64,000 nt of DNA, from contig JBJCIZ010000239.1 in NCBI GenBank assembly GCA_051294375.1, positions 2,307,476 through 2,371,475 of the forward strand, read 5' to 3'. Below are positions 47,201-59,400 of the stretch, piece after piece. This stretch comes from Paraspadella gotoi (taxonomy: Eukaryota; Animalia; Chaetognatha). How positions within the stretch are numbered: position 1 is the first letter of the stretch; each line of letters starts with the position of its first letter. The notes under the pieces are model-generated. The model did no database searches. It saw only the letters and a list, made by a program, of their open reading frames with translations, and had not been told where the DNA came from. The position numbers and the translations under genes are program-made.

Positions 47201-50200
47201 ATTTACTTGGAATCCATTAGTAAGAAAAGTAATTCCTTTTTTTTTTTTAATATTTATTAGTTTTTAGTTTTTGTTTTTTTTTTTCTTCAGCTTTTGCGAT
47301 CGAGATTGTTCTCGACACAGCTCAGCACTTCGAATCGCTCTACGGAGTGGAAACCGGCGTCAGCCAGTCAATCTCAGCTCTATCCTGCCCGCAGCAACCC
47401 AAAGTACAACAACAAAAACAGTAAAGTGGGCGTAGAAGCGGAAGACATGAAAATCAACGCCGAGGCCACGAACAACATCGCGGAGGGCAGGAACACCATC
47501 GCGGAAGACATGAGCAACGTGGAGGGCTTTAACAATAACTCTGCGGGATTGAACAGCAATCAGGATGGATTCAAAACGCGGACATCGAGGCTGATGGTCC
47601 AAGCAGATCAAACGAGATACGAATCTCGTTTGACAATAAATTCCTTTCTCGATTTCTTTAACGTCAACTCTGAAAAAAGCGCACGGTTCGCGGCCGTAGC
47701 TGATGAGCGATTTTTTTTGGGTTTTTTTTGGAGAATTAGATTTATTGAATGAATGGATAATTTTTATATTGGTTGTGCCAATTTCATAAAATTCAGCTCC
47801 TTGTATTTTGATGCTAGTGCGGAGTACAATAAGTATTCCCCGATCTAATACTTTAGGGAGTGGTCTCTACATACAATTGAAACATTCTTTGAAATATTAT
47901 ACCACTTCATTGATAGGGAAGCCAGGTGCTCTGGGAGTGAATAAACTAGACTGTGAGAGAGTCTTGATTGAAAGCTTGCAGGGACCTGCTATGTCATTAT
48001 CTTGTAAGAGTGATGGAGGCCTTAAACCACCAAAGCCTGTCCAAAGTCAGGGACAAGATCGCTGATTTATTGAATGAATGGATAATTTTTATATTGGTTG
48101 TGCCAATTTCATATAGTATTGATATAAACTCATAATTATTAAAGTTGACTTATGGTCCTGATAAAACGCCTCACCAGTCACCATATCCACATTCTAGGGG
48201 ATTGAAGGGTAAAACTGCTCCCTCGCGTTTGTCTTTGAAAGACACCGAAAATTTGGGTATCACTATATCGAAGACACGACGTGGGACGATAATGAAGGAA
48301 GCGAGGTCAACGGTATGTTTAATAAACATTGTTTACGGGATATTGTAAAACCTTTATTTATTTTTATTTTTTCAACCATTCATTGATTTTTAAGATCATT
48401 CACGTAAAGCCTGGACAGATGAAGGCCTACCACATGAGAGCTATGTTTATTAAAAGAATACTTGCAAGGTAATTCATAAGTAAGTACTTTTAACCCTCCT
48501 GCAAATCACCCTGAAAAATAAGTGAAACACGCCGGAATAAAATAAATAACGCTTACTCTTTTTTTTTTTTTTTTAGTTTACGCAACTGGAAGATTGTTCT
48601 CTTAACTATCCTGGTACCAATTTTTCTGACGCTTTTGAGCTTAATTTTGTGGACTTGCACAGCAGATACGCAGCAAAATGAGAAGCCACTGACGATGGAA
48701 ATTAGTGAAGTTGGTTACTATCTTAAGTGAGCGACGAGCAATCGTGAATTTTTCACATTTCGCTGATACATTTTATCATATAGTTTAATTTCAATTTTCC
48801 AGAATTATTGCGGCCGGGAAATCTTTACTGGCTAACGCTTACTTCTCATATTTGTTTATACCATCGACGGACAGCAAGTATCGTTATGAAGAATATTGTG
48901 AAAAAGACAATTTATTCAATCTCAGCGTCTTGGATAATTGTGTATTCAAAAAAGCGGAACGTGAGAATTTAGTATTTAAATATTCATTTCAAAATTGTCT
49001 ACAACTTTGGCTAGCCAATGTTGTTAATACTAAGTAAATGAGAATGATTTTCATTAACTAAAATCTAATATTTTGGCAGTAAATGTAAAAAGTTTTTTTT
49101 ATTTTTTTATTCAAAACAAAATTTATTTGTTTTATATAGTTTTAAATTAGTATGTGTATAATTTTTGAAGTGATAAATTTAAATTTTAACCTTTTTCATT
49201 AATAATATAACTGTCACGGCATGCTATTTAATGTCGTCGAGTTGTTGACGTTCGAATTTTGAATAATTGGAGTTGCCTTTAGTGAAACACCCAAACACGG
49301 ATCAGAAGTATGACTATTTGGAATTACAAAATTTGGCGATGGGCGCGGGCTTTGACACCATCGGTCATAAATGCTTTGGACCTGGGAATAATCCCGACGA
49401 GTATCGCGATGAAATAATGGTATTATATTTCGTTATATGTTTTATTATGGTGGACTAAAATCCACAAACCGTTCATCAGCGGCCATTGGTGCCGGAGGCA
49501 AGTCATTCGCCTCCCAACCCAAAGGTCCGGAGTTATAGCCCGGTGGTCGCCGAGCAGTTTAGAGGGATGGGGCCTGTAACCCGGTGTTACAGCCTGATCC
49601 GAAGCTCAGGGACTGCTTATATTGAACGGTTCTGTCACTAACATATAACAATAATTACTGTCTCTTCAATATATTATATAAAAGATGATGTTTAGTCAAA
49701 TAAGGGTAATTAATAAGTGAAAGCAAATAGTTGGTTGACAATAGTTTTATTAACGACGGTCAATGATGACAAAGGCGATGACAATAAATTGATAATTAAA
49801 ATATTATTTGAAGAAAGTTTGTTTTGGTCAATTAACAGCGACAAGACTACTCGAATATTTATGGCACAACGTCTTATATTTGCTTGAAGTATGCCGGCCT
49901 AACGAATCGTGCCAATCGGTCTTTTCATGGTAGGTCCCTTCTCGGAGTCAATTGTATTATGAAAAGAAAACTCAAAAACGGAAAAATGTTGCAGGTAACA
50001 GTATTGTGCGCGCCATTTTAAACCACACTTTGGAATTCCTACAACAAATAACGCCTTCCGGAAGTATAGCGAGGTAATTTTGTATATGCAAATAGTTTTA
50101 GTAGACTATGTTGATTTAAAATTTTAAATCTATCAATCAGTTTCAGTTTTGAGACACAGGTAGGTCCAGCTCTAAATTCAAGTGCTTACAGCACAGGAAC

Positions 50201-53200
50201 AGTTTTGGATAGAAGAAAAGCGAGACAATATTTGAAAATTAGGCTAATTTTTATTTTAATTGATATAAAAACGTCTGGAAAATCAAACAGAATCCACTGA
50301 AATTTATGCTTTTTACATAACATGTCATATTTTATTCTTTTACAAAATTTGGGGAAATTTCGGCGAAAATCAAGATGAAGAAGGAGGGGGAATTCTGACT
50401 TTTGCCCGCGCAGCTTTTCTAACTGCAATTCCCTAGAAGAATGAAAGTGTAGGATAGAGAAGCAGGATGTTTCACGCATCCCCTCCAGAACTCTCAACTT
50501 TCTGATAGCAGCAATAGTGGCAGAAATGACCGCATTTTTAACTGGCGCGGCCGCAAAAGCATGCGCGCCTTCTCTGTTTAATAGATTATGTAATCAAAAC
50601 AATTTTTAGTTGCGCTGCGAGTACTCTCTGAGCAACTCTATAAGTCACTTGTCGGTCGGTCGGTCGATATGTTTGTCCGTCGGTCTGTCCCACTTTCGTA
50701 AGTTACGTTAAAAATGCATATTTATTTGCGATAAAGTTGTTTCATGTTTTTAAGGACAGAAAAAACCTCAAATCTAAGAGTCTGCTAGCGCCGCCTTCAC
50801 GGCATGTCGCGTCACGAAAATACACGTGATTAGGCAGTCACTGCGGCGCAACACATTTGAATTACCTTCTTGTTTACCGAGTACCAATTTTCATACCATT
50901 ATTCTTTTATTTACCCGTCCCAAAAGAGCTGGACCTCCGTGTAGTTAAAAACCCTTTCATCAATAAATAAGCTACCTTGGCTCGTGGCGACTAAACACTG
51001 AACAGTGAACAGGCGATGATTGGTTCAGCCTCCATCCGTTACAAAAGATCATATTCATAACGTAAAAAGCGAAGGCTTGAATGAAGACTGGGCCCCAGTA
51101 GGCCGGAACAGGTTGAAAACTAGAAAGTTCTCTCAAATAAATAATGATGAAGTGACTGTTGGAGAATATGAAAATAAAATAATTTTAAAAAATTATCTTA
51201 TTAATAAGCGCACGGAAGCATTTAAAGATTATTTTATTACTATATAAAGTTTAAAATTTTTTTTTATTTTTTAATTTTTTTTAATGGATTCTGATAGAGC
51301 TTTAAAAGTTAGATAAAGGTTATTAATACAAATTTTTAAATTTTTTTGTTTTATTGATAAAAATTCAAAAAAACTATAAAATTTAGCCGATGATGATGAT
51401 GATGATGATTTTTTAACGTTTTTTCTGTTTTTAACCAATTTCTTATCAAAATTTTAAAAATTGTAGTACTAACTTTCATTTAACTTTTCAAGCTCTATAG
51501 AATCCGTTCTTAAAAACTAATTTATTTTTAAAAAAATTTTGTCATTTGTTATATATCTAATAATATATAAAAGCTTCAGTGCAACAACCCAATGAACTAT
51601 TTCAAAAAGTTGCATTGAAAATCGATTTAGTAATAGAAGGAAAAAAGAATTTTTTGAGAGAATTAAAAGTTATAAAAAATGTTCAATTTTGGGGGGCCTA
51701 TGTCAAGACAGAAGACTGGAACCCTGTTTTTTTTCATGAACTTGGAAAAAATGAAAACTAAAGAGGGGGGGACAACCCAATTTTGGGTCTTTTGGTCATT
51801 TTTAGTTTTGGCTCAATATCTCTCTCTCTCCTCTCTTAGTCTCTCTCTATATTTCTTATTTGTTTCCAGAAAAAAACTTTTTATTCCTTAAATTTGTAAA
51901 ATCTTTTACCACTGATGATGAGTTAAAAATTAAGTCGAAATATTAGTCAAAAAATATCGGTTTTTTTTTTATACTTGAACTGCCCCTCCATAGTGAAAAT
52001 ACAATTAATAATTACCCTACATTGCATGATTTTTTTTGTCCTAATATTGAGAATTCTCTGAACGCTTATTCTACAAAAGTAATTCGGGTTCTTTTTCGGT
52101 TTGCAGATACTCGGAAAAGCACGAATGGCGACGGCTTATTTTAACGATCTCCATTATCACGCGGAGCCACCTCTCTCGCTCTCCTGACTAACGCCATCGC
52201 GTTCAAGTTGGGCGCCAAACTGAGAATCGAGGTCCAAACGGAAGATTAATCTTAACAATTTGTTGTTGCGACTATATGATAGTTACTTGGTTCCTTTCTG
52301 TCTCTCCCGCTTGAGTAAAAACGCATTGCTATTTTAAGAAATGATAATATACTATACGGAATCACAGATACTTGGTTACATGCCCAAAGACGAATGATAT
52401 TGAATGAATGAATGAAGGTGAATGTGAATCGATCTGGAAATTAATTTTAAAATTTTTCATACAATCATTTTTATGAGGTTTAAAGCGAGGTCTTACCGAA
52501 CCAATGGTCCTCCAATCAACGATCCATCTATCCTCTTTCTTTTAAATCACTCACCCCAAAAAGATAAAAGACACAAAAGATAGTCAACCATCCTCTACCG
52601 AAAACGGCCAAAGTCCGAAACGAACGTCAAGTGTCCGACACCGGCGAGGCGATCACCATCGAGATGGGACTCAACTACGCGACTTTCCTCGTGACTCCAT
52701 TTTTCATTTTTGGGATCATCAAGGAGAGAGTCACCGGTGCCAAGCATTTGCAGGTAGAGGGAATCGAGAAAGTGAATCTACTCATCGAATGAATAAAACT
52801 GTTTACGTGAAGAAGTTTTGTCTTCGCGCTTACGGAGACCAACGATTTTAGCTTCGTCCGTTTGAAAAGTTTAACATGATGTTTTGAAGAAAAAAGGCAT
52901 AATAAATATTTGAACTTTTGTATTTGTAAAAATGTACGTCAAAAACTCGTAAAACAGGGTATTCTAACGGGCGAAACACATTCTAGGAGATTTGAGTTGA
53001 AACTGACTTTATTATGAAAATCTCTCTCCAAAATTGAGGTTTTATGTATTGGTCAGTAAAAAATACCAAGCGATAAAAAAATTGTCCGAAAAATTGTAAA
53101 GAGTAAAAGAGAGAGATGCGGGGCGAGAAATGTTTTACAGTCGATTTGATCATTTTTTCATTGGTAAACAATTGGATCATGGTTATGAAGCCCAACAAAA

Positions 53201-56200
53201 ACATTCGTTCCTAAGCTGAGAAATGTCAAAGCTATACGATGTATTTACTAATATAATTAATGTTACAAGGACAATGGTCAGATGTGAGGACAGGTGAAGG
53301 TAAGGACCGGGAAGAAGATAAGATTGGTTGAAACTTGAAAGGTGAAAAATTGAGAGAGAGAGAGAGAGAAGCAACAGAGGCAGAGAAAATAATTACATTT
53401 AGCAATGTACAACAGAATAATAAATGGAAAAAACTTAATACTAAACTAGTAATAACAAAAAGAAAATAATTTAGTTAACTATTAAGAACGAAATAAAAAA
53501 TTAAAAAAGGCAATTGCAAAATTATAATATTGAATTTAATTTATAAAAAAAAAACGTTCCTAACGTGTCAAGAGGAAATAAGTATATTTATATATTTAAA
53601 AAATGAATGTAACGCCTTTCATCTCAGTTATTGGCCGGAGTTTGGAAATTCGCTTACTGGTTCGCCAACTTTGTTTGGGATTTTCTATTTTATCAAATCC
53701 CGGTTCTCATCATAATCCTTTTGTTCCTCATTTTCAACTATAAGCTCTTCGTCATTCCTGGCCTCGACAAACTGTGAGTTGTTTGATACAATTGTCAGTC
53801 AACCTGATCGGTAATATCTCCCACTTTGATTTATTGTTTGTTTGTTTTTTCTTTCTGACAGTTACGTGCCTATGCTATTTTTTGGGCTGTCCCAACTTCC
53901 GCTGCTTTACTTGTTTTCATTTGGCATAAGCGAACCTGTTATGGGCGTCATGGTGTTTGGGGTGAGAAAATTGTTACGTATAGAATAAAATCGTGATTAT
54001 GTATTATAGTAAATCTTTGAAGAGACAGTAATTATTGTTATGTGTTAGTGACAGACCCGTTCGATATAAGCAGTCCCTGAGCTTCGGATCAGGCTGTAAC
54101 ACCGAGTTACAGGCGAGTTAAGTGCCCCGCCCCTCATAACTGCAAAGCGACCTCCGGGCTAGAACCCCGAATCTTTGGGTTAGGAGGCGAATGACTCGCC
54201 TCCGGCACCAATGGCCGCTGATGAACGGGTGGTGGATTTTAGTCCACCATACCTTATCATATATCAATAGCGGTATATAACTAAATTGTTGGATAAGTGA
54301 GGGAAATGGTTTTTGATAATAATTTCTAAGTTCATTGTAATAACTCGTCGAGATATTGTCGCGAATGTTAATGTTAGCCTATTGAGATCAAGGTAAGCAC
54401 CAATCAATCCAATCATTTCTTCTCCCCCCCCCTCCTCAAGGTTTTCAATCTCTTGGGCGAGTTGTTTCCCCAATTCGTCGTGGGCACGATTGTCGAATTG
54501 GCCTTCAAGGAGAAGGATCCGCAGACGAAACAGGCTAAGACGTCTCAAGCCGGTCATTGGTTCTACGCGAATATGACGCGGTTCTTTTCCGTTTTTCTCT
54601 CGCCGACTACGATCGACCTCACGTTTAGGAAGATTTTAAAGGTATAGATATTTTTTAAATGGAATAGATATAGATAGATATATAGATATCGAACGGATAC
54701 CTTTGTGATACTAGTTGTAACATTTGGACTGGACTGAGAGAGAATCTTTAATAAATTATAAAAATATTTATTGAATTGTCAAAGAGTATTTGTTGAATTA
54801 TCAATCGTTATTATCGGGTAGGCCTTTAACAAGTTATGGCTGTCCACTGGCTGTCCACTATCCAGTGTCCATGGCTACGGACAGCGGTCAGGCAGCTCTT
54901 AGTCGTACAATCACTTTGCCTTATTTATTTACCTATTATAATCGGTTGTACAAATTTCATATCAATATATTGTGGCAGCAAGACTTAAATCTGCCTCACT
55001 GCTGTCCGTTCTCAGCCTCGTCTCAATGGCTGAGCGAGCTAAATCATCTCGTTACAACCGTACGTCCAGGGTTCGATCCCTGGGTTGTCCCGGTTCTGGC
55101 TTAAATTTGACTTAGCCGGTCTAAACATGAAAGTGACAGGAGGCAGCAGCCCCTATTCCGATTGATGAGATACCTCGCTCCCCGGGTATCACAAGCAATC
55201 CTCCCGTTGTTAATAAAATAATGCAATAATATATATAATAATAATAATATAAAACTTATTTCGATTTGCAGTTTGGAAAGAAGAAGCTTTCATGCGATTA
55301 CAACGATTTGTCTACAACGGACGTTGTTACGGCCATCTTACAAGATCCTAATAAAGGGTGATTTGATTAGGTTAAAATTATAAATCTAATATTTTTTTTT
55401 AATTTTTTGTCTTCTCGAAATAGAGGGTGCATCTATGTGGTAGCGTGGATGTGTATAATTGTGTATATTGTGTATAATGTATAATGTTGCCTCAGTAATA
55501 TGACCAAGGGCTTTAGTTTGCACATATTGTATTTTGTATTTTTATATGTTTACATGTTTATAACATCGCAACTATCCTAGCTAAAGCAAGCTCCCCCTCC
55601 TCCTACACTCCTCAGCCTTCCCCTTCCTCCTCAAGCTTCGATCGCGCAAGTTGCGCGTGAGCCAAGACTTCTTGTTGTTGTTATTATTGTTGTTGTTGTT
55701 GCGGTTCGTTGATGGTATGAAAAAATTTTATAACCCGAATGCTCTTTGTTTCGATTATATTACAAGTTTTTTCGTATCAATCCAGACTGAAGACCTTGTA
55801 TAGTGTATATTGTACTCCGCCCAGCATCAAAATACAAGGAGCTGAATTTTATGAAATTGGTACAACCCAACCAATAAAAAAAATTATCCATTCATTTAAT
55901 AAATAAGCCTTCTTGCCCCTGACATTGGACACTGGACAGGCTTTGGTGGTTTAAAGCCTTCATCACTCTTACAAGTTACATGATAATTACATAGCAGGTC
56001 CCTGAAAGCTTTCAATCTGAGTCTTAAATATCCTTTTTTTTTGGCAGCGGCGAAGCGTTAAAGGATTCGAGCTTCTGGTTGGGCGTGTGGTACACGGACA
56101 GCGCCGCCATCAAATTCTTTGCTAAAGACCCGATCTACGAGCATTCGAAGACGACCATCGACGACATCAAAAATAGCAAAGACGCTCTCGCGGCCATTTG

Positions 56201-56366
56201 CAAAGTCGGTAGATTTTCTGAAGATTTCCCCCCGAGAGTTGGTATCGGAGTTAAGCGCCGGAATACAATGGCGATAATAAAAGTTTTTAGAAGGAAAGAA
56301 ATAATAAGAATTTTTCAAAAAACGTGGTAAAACAAAGTGAATAATTTTTTTTTGTAAAAAAAAAAG

Positions 56367-56406
<40 letters not shown>

Positions 56407-59400
56407 CGGAGGGAGACGGAGGGAGAGAGAGAGAGAGCCTGAACTCGTTTTTTTTAAACGATTCAGAAAAGGCAGCGCCTGATCAAATATATATGTTTTA
56501 GAAAGAAAAAATAATCAGAAATTTTCAAAAAACGAACGATCACGCAAGAGATCGCACACAAAGAGAGACAGAGAGAAACTGAACTCGTTTTAAACGATTC
56601 AGAAAAGGCAGCGCCTAAAAAAAAATATATATAATTAAAAAATAAATAAAAGAAGGCAAAAATGTTTACAATGGTTTACCAATTTGGAAACTTTTTCCAA
56701 TTTTTTCCAATCGCAGCTTGTAAAAGATTTTATTTTTATTTGTATTTAAAATTAAGATATAGCTTCTCATTAAAAAAAATCCTTTGAGTTCCCATTTTTA
56801 TTAGAAATTTAAAAAAATTTTTGAATTTCATCTTCAATATTATATACTGCAATATGTAATTAGCTTAAAGCATTTTTTATATACTAATTTGGATATTATA
56901 ATGAGTACTATAATCTCTTTGCATATTGCAGTAAATCATAATGAAGTGGAAATTCAAACAAAAAATACTTAAATCCAAATGTAATATGAAAATATCACAG
57001 CTATTTCAAGATGAAAAGCCATATCTAAATTTTTAACTTACTATGATCGCACATTTTTAAAACTTTATCATAATTCATAATAATTTTTATTTTTAAAAAA
57101 AACGGTAAGTCACAGCCAAACCTATAAAAGCGTAGTAGTTTTTATATATGAAAACAGCGTGACCCACGACGACGACGACGACGACGTCACAAAGAAGCAA
57201 CCCAAAACATTATAGAGCCTGACCCGGCTTCGCCTGTCAAGGCTCGATAATATCCATTCATTTAATAAATAAGCCTTCTTGCCCCTGACATTGGACACTG
57301 GACAGGCTTTGGTGGTTTAAAGCCTTCATCACCTCTACAAGTTACATGATAATTACATAGCAGGTCCCTGAAAGCTTTCAATCTGAGTCTTAAAATCCTT
57401 TTTTTTGGCAGCGGCGAAGCGTTAAAGGATTCGAGCTTCTGGTTGGGCGTGTGGTACACGGACAGCGCCGCCATCAAATTCTTTGCTAAAGACCCGATCT
57501 ACGAGCATTCGAAGACGACCATCGACGAAATCAAAAATAGCAAAGACGCTCTCGCGGCCATTTGCAAAGTCGGTAGATTTTCTGAAGATTTCCCCCCGAG
57601 AGTTGGTATCGGAGTTTTTTTTTTTTACATGGAATAAACAATTAAACGCTGTTATATCTCGTCAGAGCTAATTTTTAGTTGGGCCGCGAGTACTNNNNNN
57701 NNNNNNNNNNNNNNNNNNNCGCGGAGCAACTCTATAAGTCACTTTTCGGTCCGTCTGTCTGTTCTACTTATAACTTGCCTATAGTTTGTTGCTCGTTTGT
57801 TAAAAACCAAATCTGAGCAACTACTGGCGCCGCCTTTTGTTTTTAAATAAATCTTTTAAACTATAAGGAATAAATGATATGATAAGTAAAAAAAGAAAAG
57901 TAATGCGGCGCAACACCTCCTTGTTTTTGACGGGTTCAGTCGACGGAATTGATCGTTTCTCAGTGTCCCGGCCTCAAGTTTTCGAAGGGCCTGACGTGCA
58001 GGGATGGGAAAATTTGAACGATGGTTACACGGGTGATCCCATCGCCTTCTTTTGCTGCTCCGATAATTTGGACCAGTATGCCGAGCAGTGGAATCCCGGA
58101 GGAACCGTCTCTGATATTTACACGTGGGAAGGCATCGGCGAGTTTCTCGTCTATTTCTCCATTCAGGTGCCGGCGTTCGCGCGTGCGAAGAGTCGTGCTG
58201 TGTGCCGTTTTACGATTGACGGCCGGGCCCGCCTGTTACGCCCCAGCGTGTGGGGCGTCAAACCTGTTGGCCCAGTGTCGGGCGTTAGGGGCTTGCGACC
58301 CTATGTGGCTCCCTCTGCCACTGACGCGATTGACCTAGGTCGGTCTCAGTTTTCCTAAAGCTGAGGGAGGACGTGAGGACTTTGAAGAGAACGAACGGTT
58401 TCCTCTTTGAGACAGTGGGATATGCTGAGATGAGGCGATGGGTAAGGAGATTAATGGAAGGAAAGAATCAGAGAGAGAGAGAGACAGAGAAAGAGAGAAT
58501 TAATGAATAAAATTTGAGCAATAAGGACTTTGGAAATTTGGACGTGAGTCGGTGTGAATATACATTAATATACATATACATTAATATACATATACATTAA
58601 TATATATTAACATACAATCATTGCCTCTTCTCAACTCATCCTTCAGTGCGTAGTGTTCTTCCTTCTCCTCGTGATCGTCGAAGTCGCCCTGAGTCGGCAA
58701 GAGAGCGACGGCGCCGCGAAATGCCGGAAGTCCTGTCGCAAGAAGAAGAAAGAGTCGGAGGAGGAGGAGGAAGAGGAAGAGGAGGACGCCGACGTGGTGG
58801 CGGAGAGAGAGGCCGTGGCAAGATTCGTGTCGGACGTCAATTATTATCAGGCATGCCGCATGTCTAATTATCTATTTATCTAATTATCTATTTGTCTAAT
58901 TATCTATTAATTATCTTGCGATCGAGTCAAGGTAATTTTTTTTTTCTTAAGTAACCGTATTTATGGGCTCGGTTCCAAAGAGTTGATTTTCTTAAATTTT
59001 TCAATTCAAATGATAAAAATAATTATATATTATAATCTTAACTCATCAATCTGATTAGGCATTGTTTGCTCAAACTTGTTCACTAACGCTCGATGCTAAA
59101 AACAGTTAAAAAAATTGAGTCAAAACATCTTTGACAGTTCAGTCAAAACATCCCTGACAATACAGTCTCGAAATCAAGATGGCGGCAAGATCCATTCTTC
59201 CGAATCTGTGAAAAAGATGAAGGAGTACGTGCCGGAGCGTCGGAGCCCTAAGACGCCGCTTGACCCCGAGGTTGTAACATTTTTATTGTTTTTATTATTT
59301 TGGTTTTGCCGACTAATTTTTACGGCTTGAATCGCCCCCAAAAAAAAGAGTTTTTTTTTTAATTTTTATTAATGACAAACAATTCGGGTCATTTGATCTA

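Noticed and set aside
47808-48065. ORF resembling 18816-19031 and 37715-37870 ([15 protein letters not shown]) as a small gene family
   Set aside because: These are translations of the family A repeat, with frames differing between copies
50186-50497. 103-aa minus-strand ORF as a nested gene or transposase
   Set aside because: No recognisable motif and no clear splice or start signals; cannot be supported without a search
54218-54251. CTGATGA in the family B SINE as a hammerhead core
   Set aside because: No GAAA after the following hairpin and no stem I or III
54331-54392. Extra 62-nt ABCA exon with a good GTAAG donor
   Set aside because: Its length breaks the frame; direct joining of 53961 to 54441 gives a sensible TM sequence
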